A stretch of DNA of 64,000 bases from Candidatus Dormibacteria bacterium (GCA_050734395.1 JBOHUK010000042.1:7023-71022); one strand, 5' to 3'. Counted from the stretch's first letter, positions 1 through 10,122 are shown. Program-made: numbers and translations. The notes: generated by a model not told the origin, from the sequence alone.

Positions 1-177
1 GCCCACAAGACCTCGATGCTCCAGGACGTGGAGTCCGGCCGGCCGCTGGAGGTCGAGGCCACCCTGGGAGCGCTGGTCGAGTTGGCCAGCCGCCTGCAAC
101 TGCAGGTCCCGCACCTGCTGGGGATGCTGGGGGCGCTGCGGCTGTTGGACCGGCGGCTGCGTCGCCAGGCGGGCTAG
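1..177 (+). CDS. panE: 2-dehydropantoate 2-reductase (ketopantoate reductase), C-terminal fragment; 5' end lies outside the window
   Basis: Frame-1 translation AHKTSMLQDVESGRPLEVEATLGALVELASRLQLQVPHLLGMLGALRLL matches the ApbA/PanE C-terminal domain pattern (KTSMLQD..G.P.E.....G.V......G...P). Stop TAG at 175-177. Confidence 0.55.
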   Translation, partial: AHKTSMLQDVESGRPLEVEATLGALVELASRLQLQVPHLLGMLGALRLLDRRLRRQAG

Positions 178-206
178 GCGGCCGGAGCCATCAAGATGCC
201 CCCAGA

Positions 207-1091
207 ATGGCGCATGGCTCGGACCGCACGACCCACTCGTCGGCAGAACTGAGCGGCTCGGGGGCCCCCAGGCCGCCCGCCCGCGGCAGCCTGGCGGCGC
301 TGGCCCAGCTGGCCACTGGGGCCTCTGGGCGCTGGCGGGGGAGCCCGCGCCTGCGGCGGGCTCTGGTCTTCTGCTGGGGGCTGGGTCTGGTGCTCAGCGT
401 GCCGGGCGGGATCAGCGCCGGCATCCTCGGCAGCGACCTGGTCCCGGCCATTGCCTGGGCCGCGGTCTGGTGGCTGGCGACCTCGCTGGTGCTGCTCCTG
501 GCCCTGCCACTGCTGCGCACCTTCCCCGACCAGCACCCGTTGGAGGGCATGGGACTGCCCAACCAGCTGACCGCGGTGCGCGCCTACCTGGCGCTGCCGC
601 TGCTGCTGCTGGCGGTCATGCCTCCGCTCACCGAGGGTCGGGCGCTGTTGCTGGCGGTCGGGGCCCCGATCGCGGTCCTTGACTCAGCCGACGGCTGGAT
701 CGCGCGTCACGTCGGGCCGGTGACCGTCCTGGGAAGGGTCCTGGACCCGGTGATGGACACGGTCTTCTTCTCGGTCTGTGCGATCGCGGCGCTTTGGACC
801 AGCCTTCTCCCGGCCTGGCTCGCGGCGCTGATCCTTGCCCGCTACGCGCTGCCCGCCATCGCCTTCCTCATCCTCTACCCCTGGCTGCGCCACCGCCCGG
901 ACCTGGTCGCGACCGGATGGGGCAAGACGAGCACCTTCGCCGGGGCGGCCGCGGTGGGGGTGGGCGGCACCCTGGTGATCGCCGGTGGCCCGGCCTCGGC
1001 CTTCGACCTGGCGCTGGGGGTGGTGCTCGGCGTCGCCACCCTGGTCCACTTCGCGGCCCTGGTGCGGCGCACTACGGGCGCTGGCGCCTAG
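207..1091 (+). CDS. CDP-alcohol phosphatidyltransferase family membrane protein
   Basis: Family signature D..DG..AR....G.....G...D...D is present as DSADGWIARHVGPVTVLGRVLDPVMD. Several predicted TM helices. The exact start is uncertain. Confidence 0.7.
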   Translation: MAHGSDRTTHSSAELSGSGAPRPPARGSLAALAQLATGASGRWRGSPRLRRALVFCWGLGLVLSVPGGISAGILGSDLVPAIAWAAVWWLATSLVLLLALPLLRTFPDQHPLEGMGLPNQLTAVRAYLALPLLLLAVMPPLTEGRALLLAVGAPIAVLDSADGWIARHVGPVTVLGRVLDPVMDTVFFSVCAIAALWTSLLPAWLAALILARYALPAIAFLILYPWLRHRPDLVATGWGKTSTFAGAAAVGVGGTLVIAGGPASAFDLALGVVLGVATLVHFAALVRRTTGAGA

Positions 1092-1107
1092 CCATGGCCG
1101 GAATCGG

Positions 1108-1983
1108 ATGGCCGGAGAGGCCGCTGCGTCATATGTTGGGGCGGTGAACGCCGCCCTCGACCTCCAGACCGCGGCTCCCGAGCAGGCCCGCCAGCTGATC
1201 GAGCAGGCGCCCGGGAGGGCAACGCTGGGATGGCTCGGGCAGCGCCTGGGGGTCAGCCCCGGACACCTGCGACGCAGCTTTCGCCAGGCGTTCGGGCTCA
1301 CCCCCAGCCAGTACGCCCGAGCGGTGCGGCTGGCCCGCGCCCGGAAGCGCCTGGGCCAGGGCTCGGCCGTCACCGAAGCCCTGTACGAGGCGGGCTTCGG
1401 GTCCAGCCGGGCCTTCTACGAGATCGCCCCCTCCGTGCTGGGGATGCTCCCCCGCCAGCTCCGGGAGGGCGGCGGGGGGGTGGAGATACGCCACACCTGC
1501 CTGCGCACCCCGCTGGGCTGGGTGCTGGTGGCCGCGACCGAGCGCGGGGTGTGCTCGGTCAAGATCGGAGGCCGGCGCGAGCCGCTGGAGGCGGAGCTCC
1601 GCTCCGAGTTCCCCGAGGCTCGCCTGCTAGCCGACGACGACGGCCTGGCCGGCCTGGCGGAGGTGGTCTCGGCGCTGGCGGCGGGCCAGAAGGCAAGTCG
1701 GGAGCTGCCGCTCGACGTACGCGGCACGGTGTTCCAGTGGCGCGTGTGGCGCGCCATCAGCGCCATCCCCCGGGGCAGCACCAAGACCTACTCGCAGCTG
1801 GCGCGCGAGCTGGGCCAACCGGCCGCCGCCAGGGCGGTGGCGGGCGCCTGCGCTCGAAACCGGGTGGCGCTGCTGATCCCCTGCCACCGGGTCGTGCCCC
1901 AGAGTGGCGGCGAGGGGGGCTACCACTGGGGCGCGGAGCGCAAGCGCCAGCTGCTGGAGTACGAGTCGGGAGGGGCGAGCTGA
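1108..1983 (+). CDS. Ada-like bifunctional protein: AraC-type HTH regulator fused to methylated-DNA--protein-cysteine methyltransferase (MGMT/Ogt)
   Basis: N-terminal AraC HTH (LGWLGQRLGVSPGHLRRSFRQAFGLTPSQYARAVRLARA). C-terminal MGMT active site PCHRVV in ALLIPCHRVVPQSGGEGGYHWG. The ATG at 1108 is in frame, just after the upstream stop. Confidence 0.85.
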   Translation: MAGEAAASYVGAVNAALDLQTAAPEQARQLIEQAPGRATLGWLGQRLGVSPGHLRRSFRQAFGLTPSQYARAVRLARARKRLGQGSAVTEALYEAGFGSSRAFYEIAPSVLGMLPRQLREGGGGVEIRHTCLRTPLGWVLVAATERGVCSVKIGGRREPLEAELRSEFPEARLLADDDGLAGLAEVVSALAAGQKASRELPLDVRGTVFQWRVWRAISAIPRGSTKTYSQLARELGQPAAARAVAGACARNRVALLIPCHRVVPQSGGEGGYHWGAERKRQLLEYESGGAS

Positions 1984-1987
1984 CGCG

Positions 1988-3190
1988 CTAGCGGCGCGAG
2001 AGCTCGACCACGTACTCGGGGGCTACCACCCAGTGCAGGGTGGCGTGGGCGAGCTGGGTGCCCCGGCCCAGGCTCCCTACCCGGCTCAGCCGCGCGTAGG
2101 TGTGGTGGAGCGCCCGCTCCGCCAGGTGCAGGCCACCGCCCAGGACGGCGAAGGGGAGCAGCTGGAAGTCCACGAAGATGCTCATGGCCGCCGCCACCCC
2201 GATCGGGACGTGGAACTGCAGGAGCAGGAAGACCAGCACTCCCTCGCGGATGCCGATGCCGTTGGCGGAGATGGGGATGAACGTGACCAGCAGGGCCACC
2301 GGCAGGGCGAGCGCGAAGACCTCCCAGGAGATGGTGTGACCCAGAGCCCGGCTGAAGGCCTCCATCGCCAGCAGATTGAGCCCCCAGCCGATCCCGCCCG
2401 CCACGATCGAGCAGGCCAGGGCACCGGGGGCGCCCTTGAACTTGGCCAGGGAGCGCACGAAGGGGCCGACCCGGTGCAGCCGCCGCCGCCAGCCCAGCTC
2501 CTCGGGAGCCTTGCCCATGAGGCGGGCGAAGAGCCACTCGGCGGCCAGCAGCAGTCCCCAGCCCGCCAGCATCAGGCCACTGAAGGTGGCGAAGCCCACC
2601 AGGTCAGGAACGCGGAAGACGGTGTGGAGGACTACCGCCCCCACCAGCCCCCAAATTGCCATCCCCAGGCTGCCGGCCATGCGGCTGCCGACCAGCGAGG
2701 CGATCACCGGACCGTGCCCGACCACCTTGCCGACGCGGATGGCGCGGACCGCCTCACTGCCCACCCCGGCGGGGAGCACCTGGTTGACGAACAGGCCCTT
2801 CATGTACCAACCGCCCAGGTAGCGCCAGCCCAGGACCTTGCCCGCGCCGCGCACCAGAGTGCCCCACTCGAGGACGCTGGCCACGACCGAGAGCCCGGAG
2901 AGGACCAGGGCCAGCAGCGCCCAGGGCCAGCGCAGGTGAGCGAAGGCGGTAAAGGCGGCGCCCAGGTTCACCGAGTGGACGAAGATGGCGAACGCCAGCA
3001 CCGTGATCGCGATCCTGACGGGGGGCCGGGCCAGGGTCCGGGATGACCAGGCGAAGGCGGTGGCGAGGCGCTGACCCACGGGGCGGGAGCATAGCGCAGC
3101 CCCGGACGGAACCGGTCCACCTTGAGCAGATCGTCTCAACCTGTATCTCAGCATGGGTAGGATCCTTGGTCGTGGCCAGTCTCCCGGCAC
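1988..3190 (-). CDS. Flippase-like domain (UPF0104 / lysyl-phosphatidylglycerol-synthase TM region) membrane protein
   Basis: Polytopic membrane protein whose overall pattern (FIPISANGIGIREGVLVFLL) resembles the TIGR00374 flippase-like family. This family is often paired with GT2 enzymes. The true start is probably internal (MLRYRL, about 3154). Confidence 0.6.
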   Translation of the reverse strand: MPGDWPRPRILPMLRYRLRRSAQGGPVPSGAALCSRPVGQRLATAFAWSSRTLARPPVRIAITVLAFAIFVHSVNLGAAFTAFAHLRWPWALLALVLSGLSVVASVLEWGTLVRGAGKVLGWRYLGGWYMKGLFVNQVLPAGVGSEAVRAIRVGKVVGHGPVIASLVGSRMAGSLGMAIWGLVGAVVLHTVFRVPDLVGFATFSGLMLAGWGLLLAAEWLFARLMGKAPEELGWRRRLHRVGPFVRSLAKFKGAPGALACSIVAGGIGWGLNLLAMEAFSRALGHTISWEVFALALPVALLVTFIPISANGIGIREGVLVFLLLQFHVPIGVAAAMSIFVDFQLLPFAVLGGGLHLAERALHHTYARLSRVGSLGRGTQLAHATLHWVVAPEYVVELSRR

Positions 3191-3312
3191 TTCCCGGTCC
3201 CCTGCCCGACCCCCCCCCGGTGGGGGTGCTTCCAGGTTACGTCCCCCCGCACCGGCTCAATGGGGTGCAACGGCCGGCACCCCGCTCCGGTATCACCCAG
3301 CGCTTGTGGGAG

Positions 3313-4779
3313 ATGGCTCCGGGCCTCACCGTCTGGGTGATCCTGGTGGCGCCGCTCTGCGTAGGCTTCGCCATCACCTTCGCCAACTTCGAGTACCTCT
3401 GGGTGCTGGGCGCCTTCGCCGTGATCCTCGACACCTACTGGCTGGTCAAGCTGGTTCACACCTTCAGGTATGTGCTCAAAGGGATACGGCTCCTGGAGGC
3501 GGCCCAGCGCGAGGACTGGGGGGTCAGGCTGGCGGAGCTCGGGGTCGGCCCGGACGGCTTCCCGGCTCAGGGCATCACCCACGCCTTCCTCATCCCCACC
3601 TACACCGAGAGCTACGAAACCTTGCACGGCACCGTCGCCGCCCTGGCCGCCAGCCAGTACCCCAGGGAGCTCAAGATCTGCGCGATCATCACCCGGGAGA
3701 CCGATCTCCAGGGCGGCCAGAACGTGGCCCGCCTGCAGGAGAAGTTCGGGGGGAGCTTTCGGGCCTTCTGGCACATCCAGGACCCGCTGCTCCCGGGGAT
3801 CGTGGTGGGCAAGTCGGCCGCCATGGCCTACGGCGGGCCGGTGCTTCAGCAAGCCTGCGCGCGCCTAGGGCTGGATCCCGACCGGACCATCGTCACCGAC
3901 CTGGACTCGGACTACCGCGTCCACCCCCAGTACCTCAACTACATCACCTACCAGTACTGCCGGGCCGAGGATCGCGGGACCTCGATCTGGCAGCCGGTGC
4001 CGATGTTCCTCAACAACCTCTGGCGGGTGCCGTCGGCGGTGCGCTCGATGGCCACCCTCACGACCCAATGGCAGCTGTACCTCCACCAGCACCCCAAGCG
4101 GCTGGTCATGTTCTCCGCCTACTCCATGTCGCTGCGGCTGCTGACCGAGGTGGGGTTCTGGGACGACGACGTCATCCCCGAGGACTCGCGCTTCTTCTGG
4201 AAGGCGTTCTTCACCTACGGGAGCCGGCTCCACGTGCGCCCGGCCTTCCTGCCCATGTACGGCGACGCTCCCAGGGCGGCGGACTACGGCACCACTCTGG
4301 TGAGCCAGTACAACCAGATCAAGCGCTGGGCTTGGGGGGTGACCGACATCCCGTATGTGGCGGCCCGCATGAGCCGGCACAAGGAGATCCCCCTGCGGGT
4401 GCGGCTGGACCGCTTCCGGATGCTGGTGTTCAACCATCTGAGCTGGGCCACCGTCCCCCTGCTGATCCTGATCTCCGGGACCCTGCCCTCGCTCTTCAAC
4501 TACGACTACGCGCTCTCCAATGCCGGGGCGCTGCTGGAGACCACCGCCAGCATCATCCTGACGACCACTCTGCTGAACATCCTGGCGGTGGCGGTCTTGG
4601 ACAACCGGCTCCAGCCACGGCCCCCCGGTTGGCCCTGGTGGCGGCGGCGCTTGGCCGACGTCCAGACCCTGGCCTACCCGGTCGTCTTCATGGTGCTCAG
4701 CGTCATCCCCGCCCTGGAGGCCCAGACGCGGTTGCTCTTCGGATCCCACCTGGAGTACCGGGTGACCGAGAAGGCCTGA
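3313..4779 (+). CDS. Membrane-embedded glycosyltransferase family 2-like protein
   Basis: N-terminal TM helices, then FLIPTYTESYETLHG (IPxYNE-like), DLDSDYRVHP (DxD-like) and VIPEDSRFFWK (Q/ExxRW-like), followed by C-terminal TM helices. The 3043 ORF start overlaps the convergent gene, so I chose the ATG at 3313 with a GGGAG RBS. Confidence 0.6.
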   Translation: MAPGLTVWVILVAPLCVGFAITFANFEYLWVLGAFAVILDTYWLVKLVHTFRYVLKGIRLLEAAQREDWGVRLAELGVGPDGFPAQGITHAFLIPTYTESYETLHGTVAALAASQYPRELKICAIITRETDLQGGQNVARLQEKFGGSFRAFWHIQDPLLPGIVVGKSAAMAYGGPVLQQACARLGLDPDRTIVTDLDSDYRVHPQYLNYITYQYCRAEDRGTSIWQPVPMFLNNLWRVPSAVRSMATLTTQWQLYLHQHPKRLVMFSAYSMSLRLLTEVGFWDDDVIPEDSRFFWKAFFTYGSRLHVRPAFLPMYGDAPRAADYGTTLVSQYNQIKRWAWGVTDIPYVAARMSRHKEIPLRVRLDRFRMLVFNHLSWATVPLLILISGTLPSLFNYDYALSNAGALLETTASIILTTTLLNILAVAVLDNRLQPRPPGWPWWRRRLADVQTLAYPVVFMVLSVIPALEAQTRLLFGSHLEYRVTEKA

Positions 4780-4805
4780 ATTCGCCTCCCACTACAATCC
4801 CGGCG

Positions 4806-5813
4806 ATGGCGGAGCGGCCGGTGGTCTTCAGCGGGATGCAGCCCACCGGGGAGCTCCACCTCGGCAACCTGCTGGGGGCGCTGCGGCCCTGGGTGCTTGA
4901 GCAGGACCTCTACCAGAACTACTTCTGCGTCGTCGACCTCCATGCCCTGGCCTCGGCCCACGACCCCGCCCGGCTCGCCGACAAGAGCCGCGAGCTGGTC
5001 GCCCTCTACCTGGCGGCGGGGATCGACCCTGAGCGCTCCACCCTGCTGGTGCAGTCCCACGTCCCCGAGCACGCCGAATTGGCCTGGATCCTGGGCTGCG
5101 TCACACCGATGGGCTGGCTCGAGCGCATGACCCAGTTCAAGGACAAGTCCCGCAGCCGGCAGTCGGAGCGGATCGGCTCGGGGCTGTTCAACTACCCGGT
5201 CTTGATGGCCGCCGACATCCTGCTCTACCGCACCAACTTCGTCCCGGTGGGGGAGGACCAGCGCCAGCACCTGGAGCTGACCCGCGACATCGCCGAGCGC
5301 TTCAACCGCCTGTTCGGCGAGACGCTGGTGCTCCCCGAGCCCCGCATCGGCCACCTGGGCGCCGGGAGCCGTGTGATGGCGCTGGACGATCCCGAGCGCA
5401 AGATGAGCAAGAGCGCCGAGGGCGAGGCGGGCCGGGTGGGGTTGCTCGACCCGCCCGCGACGGTGATGCGCAAGTTCCAGCGCGCCAAGACGGACAGCGG
5501 ATCGGCGGTGGACGCCGCGACCGCCGGGCCCGGGGTGGCCAACCTGCTGGAGATCTACCGGGCGCTCACCGGGGACGCGGCTCGGGAGGCCTTGCAGGGG
5601 CTCGGCTATGGCCAGCTCAAGCGGCGGGTGGGGGATGCGGCGGTGGAGGCGCTGCTGCCCATCCAGGAGCGCTTCCACGAGTTGATCCAGGCGCCTGACC
5701 TGTTGGACCAGATCCTCAGCGAGGGCGCCGAGCGGGCCCGGACGGTGGCGCGGCGCACCATGGCCCAGGTCCGCCAGCGGGTCGGGCTGCTGCCGACGGC
5801 CGGGGACCTCTAG
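4806..5813 (+). CDS. trpS: Tryptophan--tRNA ligase
   Basis: MQPTGELHLGNLLGA carries the HIGH-class motif, and KMSKS is present verbatim (ERKMSKSAEG). The protein is 336 aa. It sits in the C-terminal part of the chimeric ORF 3153..5813. Confidence 0.95.
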   Translation: MAERPVVFSGMQPTGELHLGNLLGALRPWVLEQDLYQNYFCVVDLHALASAHDPARLADKSRELVALYLAAGIDPERSTLLVQSHVPEHAELAWILGCVTPMGWLERMTQFKDKSRSRQSERIGSGLFNYPVLMAADILLYRTNFVPVGEDQRQHLELTRDIAERFNRLFGETLVLPEPRIGHLGAGSRVMALDDPERKMSKSAEGEAGRVGLLDPPATVMRKFQRAKTDSGSAVDAATAGPGVANLLEIYRALTGDAAREALQGLGYGQLKRRVGDAAVEALLPIQERFHELIQAPDLLDQILSEGAERARTVARRTMAQVRQRVGLLPTAGDL

Positions 5814-5877
5814 GCCAGTTCGAGCGCAGCCTCGCCCGGGCCGGGCCGTGATCGGGCGCCGCCTATAATCCCCGCCG

Positions 5878-7119
5878 ATGCGGTGGAGTCGTATAGGCGT
5901 CTTCATCACCGCCGCCGCACTGCCTGCCTACGTCGTGCGCGGTCACCTCGGAGGCCTGCCGTTCACCGGTCTGGAGGTGGTGCTGGGCCTGACCGTGCTG
6001 GCGTTCATCCTGGAGAGCGGGGTGCAGAACCGCCTGCCGCGGGTGGACACGCCCTTCAGCGTGATCGCGGCGGTGCTGCTGGTGGCGATGGTGATCGCGA
6101 TCGCCGATAGCCCCGATCGCCGGGCGGCGCTGGGGATCGCCAAGGACTACGTGATCGAGCCCTTGCTCCTCTTTTATGTGGCGGTCAACGCGCTCCGCTC
6201 CAGCTGGGACTGGGAGCGGCTCGCCTATGGGCTCTACGTTGCCGGGGCGGTCGTGGCGGTCTCCCAGTTCGTGGCCCTGGGCCAGGCGGTGCACGCCCAC
6301 ACCCTGAACCTCAGCACCGTCCCGCCGGTCCCCACCTGGCTGTGGAGCAACAACAACTTCGGGGGCATCCTCCTCGACCCGCTGGTGGCGCTGGCGCTCG
6401 GGCTGGCGCTGTTCGGCGGGGTGCGCCACCCCCGGGTGCACTGGGCGGCGCTGTGCCTGCTGGGGCTCGGGGACGTGCTCACCCTGAGCCGGGGCTCGTG
6501 GCTGGCGCTGGTGGTGATCGCGGTCGTGGCGGCGGCCCTCCATCCCCGCCGCCGGCTCCTGCTGGCGGGCTGCGTCGTGGCGGTGCTGGTGGCGGTGGCG
6601 CTGCCCCCGATCCGCCACCGCATCTCGAACGAGCTCAACCCCAACGACCCGGCCAACTCCCTGGTCACGCGGGCCCACCTCTGGCACGCCACCCTGGACC
6701 TGATTGAAGCCCACCCCTTCACCGGCAGCGGCCTGGCCGGCTTCCAACGCGAGATCGGCCCCTACCGCGCTCGGGTCCACGACACCGCCGCCCAGACCCA
6801 CAACTACCCGGACCAGCTCGAGCTCGACTTCTGGGTGGAGCTCGGCGTGCTCGGCTTCGTCGCCCTGCTCGGTTTCTTCCTGGAGCTGGTGCGCTACCTG
6901 CTGCCCGCGCTCCGCGCCGGCCCCCGTGACCACCCCTGGGCGGCAGCGCTGGCGCTCAGCTGGATTGCGATCGTGGTCCATGGGCTACTGGACAGCCCCT
7001 ACTGGAAGAACGACCTGGCGGCGGAGTGGTGGCTCTTGGCGGCGCTGGTGGTGGTGGCGGTGGTGCCGGCCTCTCGCCATCTGCGTCTGCCCCGGCGCGC
7101 GCCTGAGCGAGCCGCCTGA
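5878..7119 (+). CDS. O-antigen ligase / Wzy-like polysaccharide polymerase family membrane protein
   Basis: About 12 TM helices, with the typical Wzy_C region (LSRGSWLALVVIAVVAAAL) and a large periplasmic loop. Its position is between a GT gene and wzx. Confidence 0.65.
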   Translation: MRWSRIGVFITAAALPAYVVRGHLGGLPFTGLEVVLGLTVLAFILESGVQNRLPRVDTPFSVIAAVLLVAMVIAIADSPDRRAALGIAKDYVIEPLLLFYVAVNALRSSWDWERLAYGLYVAGAVVAVSQFVALGQAVHAHTLNLSTVPPVPTWLWSNNNFGGILLDPLVALALGLALFGGVRHPRVHWAALCLLGLGDVLTLSRGSWLALVVIAVVAAALHPRRRLLLAGCVVAVLVAVALPPIRHRISNELNPNDPANSLVTRAHLWHATLDLIEAHPFTGSGLAGFQREIGPYRARVHDTAAQTHNYPDQLELDFWVELGVLGFVALLGFFLELVRYLLPALRAGPRDHPWAAALALSWIAIVVHGLLDSPYWKNDLAAEWWLLAALVVVAVVPASRHLRLPRRAPERAA

Positions 7120-7128
7120 GCCCATGCC

Positions 7129-8580
7129 TTGAGCCGGGCGCAGCTGGCGGTCCGCAACACCACCATCCTCTTCCTCGCCCGCAGCGCCGCCAAGGTGCTG
7201 GTGCTGGGCGCCTTCCTGATCCAGCAGAAGGCGCTGGGGCCTACCCGCTATGGCGAGTTCGGCGTCATCGTGGTCTTCAGCACCCTCTCCAGCATCGTCG
7301 GCGACCTGGGGCTGCAGATCGTCTACCTGCGCGAGGGCAGCCGCGACCGCGCCCAGCTCAAGACTTATCTGGGAGCGGTGCTGACGGCCAAGATCCCGCT
7401 GTTTTTGCTGAGCCTGCTGGTGCTGGCGGTGATGGCCAAGCTCAAGGGGCCCGTGCTCTTTGCCCTGGTGTGGCCCGCCTTCTGGCTGCAGGTGTTCACG
7501 TCGGTGGCCAACGTCCTGCGCAGCACCTTCTACGCCACCGGGGAGATGCGCTACGAGGCCTGGGCCACCGGGTCGGAGGCGCTCATCCTGCTGGTGGGCA
7601 CAGCGCTGGTGGCCCACGCCGGACTGGGAATCTCCGCCTATCTCTGGGTCTACGGCGCCAGCTACGCAGTCACCTGCGTCTACGCCTACGCGGTCATCGC
7701 CCGGCGCTACTTCCTGCCCACTTTGCACTTCGACCTGACGCTCACCCGCCAACTGCTCAAGATCGCTCTGCCCTTCGCTCTGGTGTTCTTCCTCAACACC
7801 GTGTACTTCCGCATCGACGTGGTCATCCTGAGCGCTCTGCGCGACTACCGCGAGGTGGGCTACTACCAAGCCGCCTACAAGTTCCTGGACGGCCTCTCGT
7901 TCGTTCCCCAGACGATCATGAATGCGGTCTTCCCCACCCTTTCGGTGCTCCACCTGGAGGCGATGCAGTCGCTGCGCCTCGCCTACACCGCCAGCATCCG
8001 GCTCCTGGCGGCGCTGGCCATGCCGGTCGCGGTCATCCTGGGCTTCGGCGCCGCCCGGATCCTCGCCATCCTGCACATCTACCCGCAGTCGGCGCTGGCG
8101 CTCCAGATCCTGGCGGTGGCCCTGGTGTTCATGTTCGTCAACAACACCTTCGTCTTCGGGCTGGGCGCCATGGACCGGCAGCTGGACAGCGTGCTGCTGG
8201 CGGCGATGAGCATCGTGGTCAACGTCGTGCTCAACCTGGTCCTGATCCCCGCCTTCCCCCGCGGGACCGGATATCTTGGCAGCAGCTGGGCCACCGTGAT
8301 CACCGAGGTCTTCCTGCTCCTGGCCGGATACTGGATGGTGCGCCGCCGCTTGGAGTCCCACCTGCCTTGGGGCCGTGCCCTGCTGCCGATCGCCGTCTCC
8401 GGCGCCCTGATGGCGGGTGTCCTTGGGCTCTTCCCGAGCCAGAACATCGTGCTGGTCGGGATCTTCGCGGGCCTGGTCTACCTGGGCGCGCTCCTGGCGA
8501 CCGGCGGGGTCACCCGCGAGGAGCTCCGCATCGCCCGAGCCAGCCTGGGCCGGCGGCTGCGCCCGGTGGAGCATGAGTAG
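7129..8580 (+). CDS. Wzx-type oligosaccharide flippase (polysaccharide biosynthesis protein, MOP superfamily)
   Basis: 483 aa with 12-14 TM helices and a characteristic N-terminus (RNTTILFLARSAAKVLVLGAFLIQQKALGPTRYGEF). Apparent TTG start. Confidence 0.75.
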   Translation: MSRAQLAVRNTTILFLARSAAKVLVLGAFLIQQKALGPTRYGEFGVIVVFSTLSSIVGDLGLQIVYLREGSRDRAQLKTYLGAVLTAKIPLFLLSLLVLAVMAKLKGPVLFALVWPAFWLQVFTSVANVLRSTFYATGEMRYEAWATGSEALILLVGTALVAHAGLGISAYLWVYGASYAVTCVYAYAVIARRYFLPTLHFDLTLTRQLLKIALPFALVFFLNTVYFRIDVVILSALRDYREVGYYQAAYKFLDGLSFVPQTIMNAVFPTLSVLHLEAMQSLRLAYTASIRLLAALAMPVAVILGFGAARILAILHIYPQSALALQILAVALVFMFVNNTFVFGLGAMDRQLDSVLLAAMSIVVNVVLNLVLIPAFPRGTGYLGSSWATVITEVFLLLAGYWMVRRRLESHLPWGRALLPIAVSGALMAGVLGLFPSQNIVLVGIFAGLVYLGALLATGGVTREELRIARASLGRRLRPVEHE

Positions 8581-10045
8581 GGTGGCCGAGACCCGCCCGC
8601 TGCTGCGCCCCCTGGAGCTGACCGCCAGCCCGCGGCAGCGCGCCCACCGGCTTCTGCCGATGATCGGGCTGCGGATGGTGGGCGACGCCCTGGCGGCCGC
8701 GGCCGGGGCGCTGGTGGGCTACCGCTTCCGCTTCTATGTCTCCGGGGTGCCCATCCCCGGCCACCAGATCCCGAGCTTTCAGGTCTACCTGCTGGCGGTG
8801 CCGGTGGTGGCGGGCCTCTGGGTCGTGATCTTCGCCTTCACCGGCCGCTACCGGGTCCGGCGCGGAGAGTCGTTCGTCGACGAGATGCTGCGCTCGGTTG
8901 GGTCGGTGGCCCTCTTCGTGATCGTCGCCCTGGCGCTGGAGGACCTCTACCGGGGCTTCCCCTACTCCCGGCTGGTGCTGGCCGACGGCGCCGTGGCGGC
9001 GGTGTGCTTCTTTGTGCTCGAGCGGGCGGTGATCCGCGCCGGCTACGCGGCGCTGCTGCGTCGCGGGAGCGGGGCGGTCCGAGTGCTGGTGGTGGGCTCG
9101 GGGTCGGTGCCCGACCTTCTGCTCCGCCGGCTGCGGATGTTCCCCGAGTACGGCTATCGGGTGGTCGGCCGGGTGCGGGCCGACGGTGATGAGCCCGGGC
9201 AGGTCCTTGCCGTGACCGAGTACCCCGCCTCCACCAGCCTCGGGTCGCTCATCGAGCGGGAGCGGGTGGACACCGTGGTGCTGGCGCTGGTGGGTTCGAC
9301 CCACGACGACGTGCTGCGCGTCGCCGGCGAGTGCCTTCAGGCTGGCGCGGACGTCAAGATCGTCCCCGACGTCCTGGAGATCATGACCAGCGCCGCCTCC
9401 CCGGAGCAGGTGGCGGGCATCCCGCTCGTGGGCATCCGGCCCAACCGCCTGGTCGGGGCGAACCTGGTCCTGAAGCGCGCGCTCGACATCCTCATCGTGG
9501 TGGTGCTGGCGGTCCCCGCCCTGCTGGTCGTGGGCCTGTGCGCTCTGGCGGTATCGCTGGGCTCCCCAGGGTCCCCCTTCTACTGCCAGGAGCGGCTGGG
9601 GCGGGACGGCGCCGTGTTCAAGATCTGGAAGCTGCGCTCCATGCTGGCCGGTGCCGACCGCGGCGACGCAGCCGCGCAGACGATTCGCGGCGATGCCCGC
9701 CGCACCCCGGTGGGCAGGTTCCTGCGCAGATTTAGCCTGGACGAGCTCCCTCAGCTCTGGAACGTCTTCCTCGGGGAGATGAGCCTGGTGGGACCGCGTC
9801 CTCTCAGCGTCCACGAGAGCCAGGTGCGTGAATACGAGCTCACGGTTCCCCGGTATCAGGAGCGGCTCTCGGTGCCGCCGGGGTGCACCGGCTGGGCCCA
9901 GGTCAACGACCTGCGCCAGGCCAGTAGCATCGACGAGCGAGTGTTCTACGACCTCTATTACATCGAGAACTGGTCGCTGGCCCTGGACTTCAAGATCCTG
10001 CTGCTCACCCCCTGGCGGTTGCTCTTCCACCGCCACGCCTACTGA
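8573..10045 (+). CDS. Polyprenyl-phosphate sugar phosphotransferase (bacterial sugar transferase, WbaP/WcaJ-like priming enzyme)
   Basis: The C-terminal catalytic domain matches ERLGRDGAVFKIWKLRSM and DELPQLWNVFLGEMSLVGPRPL. N-terminal TM helices are present. The ATG at 8573 overlaps the wzx stop. Confidence 0.85.
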   Translation: MSRVAETRPLLRPLELTASPRQRAHRLLPMIGLRMVGDALAAAAGALVGYRFRFYVSGVPIPGHQIPSFQVYLLAVPVVAGLWVVIFAFTGRYRVRRGESFVDEMLRSVGSVALFVIVALALEDLYRGFPYSRLVLADGAVAAVCFFVLERAVIRAGYAALLRRGSGAVRVLVVGSGSVPDLLLRRLRMFPEYGYRVVGRVRADGDEPGQVLAVTEYPASTSLGSLIERERVDTVVLALVGSTHDDVLRVAGECLQAGADVKIVPDVLEIMTSAASPEQVAGIPLVGIRPNRLVGANLVLKRALDILIVVVLAVPALLVVGLCALAVSLGSPGSPFYCQERLGRDGAVFKIWKLRSMLAGADRGDAAAQTIRGDARRTPVGRFLRRFSLDELPQLWNVFLGEMSLVGPRPLSVHESQVREYELTVPRYQERLSVPPGCTGWAQVNDLRQASSIDERVFYDLYYIENWSLALDFKILLLTPWRLLFHRHAY

Positions 10046-10122
10046 CGGGCCGAGTCCCAAGCGCGTTTCCGGCGCCCGCCGGGCCCGGGGTGGTCCGAAG
10101 CGGGCTGATAGCCTTTGACGCC

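Noticed and set aside
4780-4805. Possible T-box leaders for trpS and valS
   Set aside because: The intergenic spaces (26 nt before trpS, 16 nt before valS) are far too short for a T-box riboswitch (about 250 nt).
3153-5813. 886-aa ORF spanning the GT2 gene and trpS
   Set aside because: The N-terminal 550 aa are an Arg/Gly/Pro-rich shadow frame over the GT2 gene. Only the last 336 codons (trpS, from the ATG at 4806) have protein-like composition and recognisable motifs.
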